Positions 56,376-63,369 of a stretch of DNA of 64,000 bases are shown here, in pieces. Source of the stretch: Woeseiaceae bacterium (GTDB lineage: Bacteria > Pseudomonadota > Gammaproteobacteria > Steroidobacterales > Woeseiaceae). The first letter of the stretch is position 1, and each line of letters begins with the position of its first letter. The notes under the pieces were generated by a model, which saw nothing but the letters and a program-made list of their open reading frames with translations, did no database searches and was not told where the DNA came from. The DNA is taken from NCBI GenBank assembly GCA_965601785.1, contig OZ271838.1:3698916-3762915 (forward strand). Direction: 5' to 3'. The position numbers and the translations under genes were made by a program.

Positions 56376-57548
56376 CTACGGCCGGTTCGAATCAACCAGT
56401 GTTTGTATCGTGTCCCTGACGGGTCCTGTATACGGTGTATCCGCAATGCGCCTGAGCCACGCCGGATCGCGCTCGTCTTCGTCGACGAGTTCGCAGTCCA
56501 TCGCGGCGAGGATTTCCACAGCATCGGCCGGCAGCGAATCGGGAATGGGACAATGCGCAAGCAACGCCCAGAGACCGGCCCAGTATCGCGTCAGCGTCCA
56601 CGGGTTATAGCCGCCGCCGCCGAGCACGACCGTCGGCAGGCCAAGATTTACCAGTCGGTCGACCGTTGACCATAGCGCGACGTTCGTGAGCTGCATCGCC
56701 GACAAGGGATCGCCGGCCAGGCAGTCGGCCCCACAGCAGATCACGAGCGCATCGGCGTGACGCTGGTCGATGACCGGCATCACGACCCTGTCGATGAGGA
56801 AATGCAGCTCGCTGTCGATCAGGCCGCGCGGCACGGGCAGGTTGTATACCCCGCGACCAGGGTCGGACGCGGTGCCTGTATGCGGCCAGCGGTCTGCCTC
56901 GTGAATCGAGATCGTGGTCACGGCATCGTCATCGACAAAGGCCGCCTCGACGCCGTCCCCGTGGTGCGCGTCGAGATCGACGTAGGCCACGCGCCGCGCA
57001 CCGTCGTCGGCCAGCGTACGAATCGCGAACACCGGGTCGTTGAAATAACAGAAGCCACAGGCACGATCCGGCCGGCCATGGTGGGTACCGCCCGACGGAT
57101 GGAATGCCACGCCGCCATCAAGCGCAAGGCGCGCCGCTTCTATGGAGCCTTGCACCGTCGCAGCGGCCCGCGCGAATACGCCTGGAAACAGTGGATTCTC
57201 CAGGGTTCCGAAGTGGTAGCGCTCGCGCTCGGCCCGCGCGACCGACCCTACGGTGTCTGCGTATTGCAGCGCCTCGATGTAGTCAAGATCATGAAACCGG
57301 GAAAGCGTCTCGCTCGGGGCGGGGCCGACCGCGCATGTGTCTGCATCACCGAGCCAGCCCATGGCCCGGGCGAGGTCGCGGACGGCGCTGTGCCGGATGA
57401 TCGCAAGCGGGTGGTTTCCCGGGAAAGCGGGTTTGCCGAACAGCTCGCTCGTAATGAAAGCGGCGTGTCGCGCCTGGGCAGCGACAAGTCCGTGGTCACG
57501 GGCGTGCTGCTGGTTTTCGAGGGGCCGCTGCATCGGGACCGGGAACAC
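56376..57548 (-). CDS. Histone-deacetylase/AcuC-fold Zn-dependent deacylase
   Basis: HDAC signatures are intact: SGGTHHG (His-His), GFCYFND, DLDAHHGDG (metal ligands), GGGGYN (catalytic Tyr). Start uncertain: GTG at 57548 or ATG at 57533. Confidence 0.8.
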   Translation of the reverse strand: MFPVPMQRPLENQQHARDHGLVAAQARHAAFITSELFGKPAFPGNHPLAIIRHSAVRDLARAMGWLGDADTCAVGPAPSETLSRFHDLDYIEALQYADTVGSVARAERERYHFGTLENPLFPGVFARAAATVQGSIEAARLALDGGVAFHPSGGTHHGRPDRACGFCYFNDPVFAIRTLADDGARRVAYVDLDAHHGDGVEAAFVDDDAVTTISIHEADRWPHTGTASDPGRGVYNLPVPRGLIDSELHFLIDRVVMPVIDQRHADALVICCGADCLAGDPLSAMQLTNVALWSTVDRLVNLGLPTVVLGGGGYNPWTLTRYWAGLWALLAHCPIPDSLPADAVEILAAMDCELVDEDERDPAWLRRIADTPYTGPVRDTIQTLVDSNRP

Positions 57549-57630
57549 CCTGGACTGGTTGAAATGCCGTAGTCAGAGTATTCCATACCGCTAATAAAGA
57601 CAATTATGATATTCTAATATTCAGAGAGAT

Positions 57631-57645
57631 CGTTCATTCTGAACG
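57631..57645. promoter_or_regulatory. Inverted repeat CGTTCA-TTC-TGAACG immediately upstream of the dsrE2-like RBS
   Basis: Perfect 6-bp arms, 15 nt before the ATG at 57660. It shares the GTTCA/TGAAC half-site with the repeat at 52113-52134. Confidence 0.3.
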
Positions 57646-57659
57646 GGAGGGGAACCACA

Positions 57660-58211
57660 ATGGCCAGTGAAGCATCGGCCGTGACGTCCGACATGCAGAC
57701 GTCCGCGGACCAGGCGCCCGTAGCGGCGCCCGAAACCAAGAGCATGTCCATCATTGTTACCAAAGGCTCGCTCGACTGGGCGTATCCGCCGTTTATTCTT
57801 GGCACCACTGCCGCAGCAATGGGCTTGCCGGTGACAATGTTCTTCACCTTTTACGGGCTGCCGCTGCTCCTGAAAAAGCTCGACCTTAAGCTTACGGCTG
57901 CCGGCAACCCCGCAATGAAGATGCCTATGATGGGCGCGCACGTCGGCCTGCCGAATCTCCTGACGGCGGTCCCGGGCGTCGACGCCGCCTGCTCGACGAT
58001 GATGAAGAACCTCATGAACAAGAAAGGCGTTGCCTCGATCGAGGACCTCAGGGAACTCGCCGTGGACGCAGAAGTTCGCATGATCGCGTGCCAGATGACG
58101 ATGGACCTCTTCGAGTACTCCCTCGACGACATGATCGAGGGAATCGAACTCGGCGGAGCGGCCACCTACATCGAGTGCGCCACGCAAGCCGATATCAACC
58201 TGTTCATCTAG
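57660..58211 (+). CDS. DsrE2/COG2210-like DsrE-fold sulfur-relay protein
   Basis: 183 aa with a GGGAGGGG SD, a hydrophobic segment (PPFILGTTAAAMGLPVTMFFTFYGL) and conserved Cys in IACQMTMDLF. Adjacent to tusA. Confidence 0.65.
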   Translation: MASEASAVTSDMQTSADQAPVAAPETKSMSIIVTKGSLDWAYPPFILGTTAAAMGLPVTMFFTFYGLPLLLKKLDLKLTAAGNPAMKMPMMGAHVGLPNLLTAVPGVDAACSTMMKNLMNKKGVASIEDLRELAVDAEVRMIACQMTMDLFEYSLDDMIEGIELGGAATYIECATQADINLFI

Positions 58212-58228
58212 CCGGGGGAGGCAAGACC

Positions 58229-58459
58229 ATGGCAGACCATACTCTCGACGCGAAAGGGCTCAATTGCCCGCTACCGATCCTCAAGGCCCGCAAGGCGCTC
58301 AAGGAGGTGCCCGCCGGCGGTACGCTGGAAATCCTCGCGACCGACCCGGGCGCGGTAGCCGACTTCGAGGCGTTTTGCCGGCAGACGGGCAACGAACTCG
58401 TCGAGCATTCGGAGGACGACTCGGTGTACCGCTTCCTGATCAAGCACACGGCAGCATAG
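58229..58459 (+). CDS. tusA: TusA-family sulfur carrier protein
   Basis: 76 aa with the DAKGLNCPLPILK (CPxP) active-site motif. Internal ATG of track ORF 58088..58459. Confidence 0.9.
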   Translation: MADHTLDAKGLNCPLPILKARKALKEVPAGGTLEILATDPGAVADFEAFCRQTGNELVEHSEDDSVYRFLIKHTAA

Positions 58460-58474
58460 TCGCTGCGCGAACGA

Positions 58475-58501
58475 GGGCGTCGCTGAAGTCGGCGCCCTTT
58501 T
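58475..58501 (+). terminator. Rho-independent terminator candidate after tusA
   Basis: GGGCGTCG-CTGAAGT-CGGCGCCC (8-bp stem with one G-U pair) followed by TTTT, 16 nt after the stop codon. Confidence 0.55.
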
Positions 58502-58544
58502 CGTATGCGCGGCGCGCATCGATCGCATAGACCAGGAGACCCTA

Positions 58545-59600
58545 ATGAACGTCTTACCCGGGTTGCTGCTGGCGCTGGTGATAGCGCTTGCCGGCCAGTT
58601 CCTGTCCGATTTCATCGGCATTACGCTGATGGGCCTGCCGAAGAGCCCAATTAGCGCCATCATGATGGCGATCCTGCTGGGCATCGTCGTCAACAACGTG
58701 ATCCGGCTGCCGGAATCGTTCAAGCCCGGGATTCGTTTCGGGCTGGTGCGGGTACTGCGGCTCGGCATCGTGCTGCTGGGTATTCGCCTGTCGATTTTCC
58801 AGGCCGGCGAGATCGGCCTGAAGGCGTTGCCTGTGATCATCGGCGCCGTCACCGCGGCACTCGTTATCGTGAGCTTCCTGAGCCGCAAGCTGGGCTTGAG
58901 CCGCAAGCTCGGCACCCTGCTCGCGGTGGGCACGAGCATTTGCGGGGCAACGGCAATCGTCGCCACGGCGCCGACGATTGGCGCCAAGGACGACGAGGTC
59001 AGCTACGCCGTAGCCTGCGTCACGCTGTTCGGCATTCTCGCCATGCTGATCTACCCGTTCGCCGCACACGCGATCTTCGCGGGCGACGCATTCCCTGCAG
59101 GGCTCTTCCTCGGCACCTCGGTGCACGAGACGGCGCAGGTCGCGGGTGCCGGACTCGTTTACCAGCAGTACTACGGCGACGCACTCGCCCTGGATGCAGC
59201 AACTGTCACGAAACTGGTACGCAACCTCGGCATGCTCGCCATTATCCCGCTAATGGCAATCCTGTATCACCGTAACTCCGATGACGGTGAGCAGGCACCC
59301 GCCTGGTACAAGATGATCCCGCTGTTCGTCGTAGGTTTTGCGGTGATGAGCATACTGCGTACCGTAGGCGATGCGGGTGACCCGGCTTTCGGCATAATCC
59401 CGGTCGAACGCTGGAACTGGCTCGTTGCCCACACCAAGGAACTGGCCGAGCTGCTGCTTGCGATTGCCATGGCCGCGGTCGGTCTCGGCACGAGCGTCAA
59501 GGGCCTGATCTCGATCGGCTACAAGCCGCTGGCCATGGGCCTCGTCGCCGCGCTGCTCGTCGGCGGCGTTAGCCTGGTCCTGATCAGCGCACTCTATTAG
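58545..59600 (+). CDS. yeiH: YeiH/UPF0324 family membrane protein (putative anion exporter)
   Basis: 351 aa, about 10 hydrophobic helices, resembling the YeiH family. AGGAGA SD. Confidence 0.75.
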   Translation: MNVLPGLLLALVIALAGQFLSDFIGITLMGLPKSPISAIMMAILLGIVVNNVIRLPESFKPGIRFGLVRVLRLGIVLLGIRLSIFQAGEIGLKALPVIIGAVTAALVIVSFLSRKLGLSRKLGTLLAVGTSICGATAIVATAPTIGAKDDEVSYAVACVTLFGILAMLIYPFAAHAIFAGDAFPAGLFLGTSVHETAQVAGAGLVYQQYYGDALALDAATVTKLVRNLGMLAIIPLMAILYHRNSDDGEQAPAWYKMIPLFVVGFAVMSILRTVGDAGDPAFGIIPVERWNWLVAHTKELAELLLAIAMAAVGLGTSVKGLISIGYKPLAMGLVAALLVGGVSLVLISALY

Positions 59601-59609
59601 GAGCACACG

Positions 59610-60923
59610 ATGGCGAAGAAGTCCCGCGGTCTGCACGAGCTCTATTCGAACGGCGCTGACGCCGACGGGACGCTCTGGGGTCGCCAGGTCGACCCGCTGA
59701 CGCGACGCGGTTTCCTGAAGGGCAGTGGACTCGCCGCCATGTCGGCTGCGCTCGGCGCCAGTATTCCCTTCGCAGAGTACATGCCAGGCGGCCTGATTCC
59801 TGCCGCTTTGGCACAGAGCGACGCGGCCTTCGAGATCCCGGGCAAGGACGGCCTGGTTGTCCTTAATGACCGGCCGATCAACGCCGAGACCCCGGCACAC
59901 CTCCTCGACGATCGCGTGACGCCGGCATCGCGCCTGTTTGTCCGCAACAACGGCATTCCGCCCACAGCGGAGGCCATCGATCCCGATAGCTGGACGCTGG
60001 AGATCGGCGGGGAATCGGCGACAGAGACGGTGAGCCTGACGCTCCCCGAGCTCAAGGCGAAGTTCAAACACTACACCTACCAGCTGTTGATCGAGTGCGG
60101 CGGCAACGGCCGCAGCGAATTCGTGCCGTCGGCGTCGGGCAACCAGTGGACGACCGGCGCGGTTGGCTGCCCGGAGTGGACCGGCGTCCGCCTGGCCGAC
60201 GTGCTCGACTACGTCGGCGTGCGCGACGATGCCGTATATGTCGCGTACTACGGCGCGGACCGGCATGCGAGCGGAGATTCGCGCAAGGCATCGATCTCTC
60301 GCGGCGTGCCGATCGCGAAAGCGCGCGAAGACGAGTCGCTGATCGCGTGGGCGCTCAACGGCGAAGACATGCCACTACAGAACGGCCACCCGTTGCGACT
60401 CGTGCTGAGCGGCTGGCCCGCCTCGGTGTCGGGCAAGTGGCTCAATCGACTCCTGATTCGCGATCGCGTGCACGACGGCGCGAAAATGACAGGCTCGTCG
60501 TACCGCGTGCCCTGCAGCCCGGTCGCGCCGGGCACGACGGTGCCCGACGAAGACATGTGCATCATCGAGGCGATGCCCGTGAAATCACTCGTGACCTTCC
60601 CGAAGTCGGGTATCGAGCACTCGATCGACAAGCCGCTTGCGGTACGGGGGCACGCCTGGGTGGGCGACGACCGCGTCCGCCGTGTCGACGTCTCGATCGA
60701 CTTCGGTGCGAGCTGGCAAAAGGCAAGGCTCGAGAGGCCGGCGAACCGCCTTGCCTGGCAGCACTGGCAGACAGCTATCGAGTTCCCCGGCAAGGGCTAT
60801 TACGAAGTCTGGGCGCGTGCCACGGACAAGAGCGGTCGCTCGCAGCCCATGGTGTTACCGGGCTGGAATCCCAAGGGTTACCTGAACAACGCCTGCCATC
60901 GCATCGCCGTCCAGGTCGTCTGA
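59610..60923 (+). CDS. sorA: Periplasmic sulfite dehydrogenase, molybdopterin subunit (SorA / sulfite-oxidase family)
   Basis: Tat leader LTRRGFLKGSGLAAMSAALG, a Mo-ligand Cys region LIECGGNGRSEF, and a C-terminal dimerisation-domain-like region. Confidence 0.8.
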   Translation: MAKKSRGLHELYSNGADADGTLWGRQVDPLTRRGFLKGSGLAAMSAALGASIPFAEYMPGGLIPAALAQSDAAFEIPGKDGLVVLNDRPINAETPAHLLDDRVTPASRLFVRNNGIPPTAEAIDPDSWTLEIGGESATETVSLTLPELKAKFKHYTYQLLIECGGNGRSEFVPSASGNQWTTGAVGCPEWTGVRLADVLDYVGVRDDAVYVAYYGADRHASGDSRKASISRGVPIAKAREDESLIAWALNGEDMPLQNGHPLRLVLSGWPASVSGKWLNRLLIRDRVHDGAKMTGSSYRVPCSPVAPGTTVPDEDMCIIEAMPVKSLVTFPKSGIEHSIDKPLAVRGHAWVGDDRVRRVDVSIDFGASWQKARLERPANRLAWQHWQTAIEFPGKGYYEVWARATDKSGRSQPMVLPGWNPKGYLNNACHRIAVQVV

Positions 60924-61300
60924 TGCGAAGGATCGTAGCTGTCGTCGCGACCGCCCTGCTCGCCTGCGGCGTCGCACCCTTTGCGGCGGCCGAATCCGAA
61001 GTCGACGCCTACTCCGGGCTCATCAAAGAGGGCGACTGGGAGCTCGTGCGCAACAACTGCATTGCCTGCCACTCGGGCAAGCTGATCACCCAGCAGCGCG
61101 GCTCCCGGGAGCAATGGCTGAAGATGATCCGCTGGATGCAGGCGACGCAAAACCTCTGGGCGTTCGAGCCGGCGGTCGAGGCGAAGATTCTCGATTACCT
61201 CGCCGCGACGTATCCCTCGGCCGAAGACCGTCGTCGGGCGCCGATCCCCAGGGCATTGATGCCGCCGAACCCCTACAAGGCAACATCAACCGAGCCCTGA
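60923..61300 (+). CDS. sorB: Monoheme cytochrome c, SorB-like partner of SorA
   Basis: 125 aa with a signal peptide and a single CIACH motif. TGATG overlap with the sorA stop. It is the in-frame internal start of track ORF 60095..61300. Confidence 0.7.
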   Translation: MRRIVAVVATALLACGVAPFAAAESEVDAYSGLIKEGDWELVRNNCIACHSGKLITQQRGSREQWLKMIRWMQATQNLWAFEPAVEAKILDYLAATYPSAEDRRRAPIPRALMPPNPYKATSTEP

Positions 61301-61390
61301 GCGCCCCGCGTTGGTAGAAACCGCTATAGCGGCCGACCGCCCCTTCCATTAGATTTTTCTAATAAGAAGAACGCCTTTGGAGGGGGGCGA

Positions 61391-61879
61391 ATGGCCGCTT
61401 TTGCTGTGCTCGGCGTCGGCAACAACCTGCTGACCGATGACGGCGTCGGGATTCACGTCCTTAATGCCGTCGGCCGTACCTCCCGGTATCCGGATACCGC
61501 GCTGATCGACGCCGGCACGGTCGGTCTTGCGCTGGCCAGCCACCTCGCAGATCTCGATGGTCTCGTTGCCGTCGACGCCATGCGCCTCGGCAAGGAGCCG
61601 GGCTGCGTATCGGTGTTCGAGGGTACCGACATGGACGCACAGCTTCGCCGGCATCACGGCAGCGTACACGAGCTCGGTCTTTCCGATCTCGTCGACGCGT
61701 TAAGGCTCTCGGATGCCCTGCCCGACCGCCGCGCTATCGTGGGGATCGAGCCGGCAAGCCTCGACTGGGGCACTGAACCCACCGAGGCCGTCGCGAGGGC
61801 GATCCCGAAAGCCGTCGACTCGATCGAGCGCCTGTTGAACGCCTGGCGTTCCACACAGCAGGCCGAGGACGCGGCCTAG
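61391..61879 (+). CDS. [NiFe] hydrogenase maturation endopeptidase (HyaD/HoxM family)
   Basis: 162 aa with N-terminal VLGVGNNLLTDDGVGIHV, typical of hydrogenase maturation proteases. Confidence 0.8.
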   Translation: MAAFAVLGVGNNLLTDDGVGIHVLNAVGRTSRYPDTALIDAGTVGLALASHLADLDGLVAVDAMRLGKEPGCVSVFEGTDMDAQLRRHHGSVHELGLSDLVDALRLSDALPDRRAIVGIEPASLDWGTEPTEAVARAIPKAVDSIERLLNAWRSTQQAEDAA

Positions 61880-61881
61880 CA

Positions 61882-62316
61882 ATGGGCAGCCCGCTCGCCG
61901 CCGCTTCCGCTGTCCCCCGGGGCAACATCGTCCCGATCCTCAATGAGATCGCGCACGCACTTGATCGCCTGATCAGTGACGGTGAGAGCACGGTCATCGA
62001 CCTTGCTCGACTGCCGTTCTCACCCGGCGAACTCGAATCGCTCGAGACCACGCTTGGCGAAGGCGAACTCGTCGCGAAACTTGATGCGCTCGGCGAGAGC
62101 AGGATTAGGGAGACCGTCTTTCCCGGCGTCTGGTGGATCGAGCATCGCAACGCCGGCGACGACGTCGTTGGTCGATACATCGAAATCACGCGGTCTCCCG
62201 ACATCCTCCGGTCGCAGACGCCGGACATCGAGGCCGGTCAGAGGGTGCTGGCCGAACGGCTCACGACCATGCAGGCCGCGGACGACAACGTGACAGCCGA
62301 AGAGGAGCGCGAATGA
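61882..62316 (+). CDS. Hydrogenase expression/formation accessory protein (HupH C-terminal-domain-like)
   Basis: 144 aa between the protease and the small subunit. The resemblance to HupH-type proteins is from memory only. Confidence 0.45.
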   Translation: MGSPLAAASAVPRGNIVPILNEIAHALDRLISDGESTVIDLARLPFSPGELESLETTLGEGELVAKLDALGESRIRETVFPGVWWIEHRNAGDDVVGRYIEITRSPDILRSQTPDIEAGQRVLAERLTTMQAADDNVTAEEERE

Positions 62317-63368
62317 ACGAACGAGCAACGCTCGGCGATATGCTGCAGCAACGCGGCGTTTCCCGCCGCGGCTTCATGAAGTACTGCGCGGCCACGGCGT
62401 CTCTGCTTGCGCTGCCACCATCAATGATCCCTCGCATTGCCGCAGCGCTGGAAACCGCTCGGCGCCCGTCGGTCATCTGGCTGTCCTTCCAGGAATGCAC
62501 GGGCTGCACAGAGTCGCTGACGCGCTCGTCGTCGCCTACCGTCGAGAGCCTGATCTTCGACAGCATCTCGCTCGACTATCACCATACGCTGCAGGCGGCA
62601 TCCGGCGACGCCGCGGAGGCGGCGCGACATGCAGCGATGAAGGAGAACGAGGGCCAATACCTCGTCCTCGTCGACGGCTCGATACCGCTTGGTAACCCTG
62701 GCTACTCGACGATTGCCGGCATCAGCAACGTCGACATGCTGCACGAGACAATCGAAGGCGCCGCCGCCGTCGTCGCAATCGGCAGCTGCGCCGCCTTCGG
62801 CGGCATCCCGGGTGCAAACCCGAACCCGACCGGCGCCGTCTCGGTACAGGACATCGTCAAGGACAAGCCTATCGTCAATGTCCCGGGCTGTCCGCCGATC
62901 CCGATGGTCATTACCGCCGTGCTCGCGCAGTTCCTGACCTTTGGCCAGCTGCCCGAACTCGACATCTACGGCCGCCCGGTTGCGTTCTTCGGACAGACGA
63001 TCCACGACCGCTGCTACCGCAGGCCGTTCTACGAGCAGGGTCGTTTCGCCGAGAGTTTCGACGACGAGGGTGCGCGCAAGGGCTGGTGCCTCTTCAAGCT
63101 CGGCTGCAAGGGCCCGATCGCCTACAACGCCTGCGCGACGCTGAAGTGGAACTCGGGCACCAGCTTCCCGATCGAGGCGGGTCATCCGTGCCTCGGCTGC
63201 TCCGAACCCAACTTCTGGGACAAAGGCGGCTTCTACCGGCCGGTCTCCGCCGGCGAGATCGGCAACGGCACAGCGTTAGGCGGCGCGGCCGTGGCCGGCG
63301 TAGCACTCGGCGCTGCCGCTGCCGCCATGGCGCGGAATCGCCAGAAGAAAATCGCGAAGGAGGGTTAA
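62313..63368 (+). CDS. hynS: [NiFe] hydrogenase small subunit with Tat signal and C-terminal anchor
   Basis: SRRGFMKYC twin-arginine motif, FQECTGCTESL proximal-cluster motif, a later PCLGCSEP, and a C-terminal hydrophobic tail. ATG at 62313. Confidence 0.9.
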   Translation: MNERATLGDMLQQRGVSRRGFMKYCAATASLLALPPSMIPRIAAALETARRPSVIWLSFQECTGCTESLTRSSSPTVESLIFDSISLDYHHTLQAASGDAAEAARHAAMKENEGQYLVLVDGSIPLGNPGYSTIAGISNVDMLHETIEGAAAVVAIGSCAAFGGIPGANPNPTGAVSVQDIVKDKPIVNVPGCPPIPMVITAVLAQFLTFGQLPELDIYGRPVAFFGQTIHDRCYRRPFYEQGRFAESFDDEGARKGWCLFKLGCKGPIAYNACATLKWNSGTSFPIEAGHPCLGCSEPNFWDKGGFYRPVSAGEIGNGTALGGAAVAGVALGAAAAAMARNRQKKIAKEG

Positions 63369-63369
63369 C

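Noticed and set aside
56384-56393. GGTTCGAATC, a tRNA T-loop-like motif.
   Set aside because: It lies inside the 3-prime end of the HDAC-fold CDS. The flanks (GGCC.. / ..AACC) cannot form a T-stem, and no acceptor or anticodon arms are present.
59250-60266. 338-aa minus-strand ORF spanning the yeiH/sorA junction.
   Set aside because: It crosses an intergenic boundary between two well-supported plus-strand genes, and its composition is Arg-rich and artefactual.
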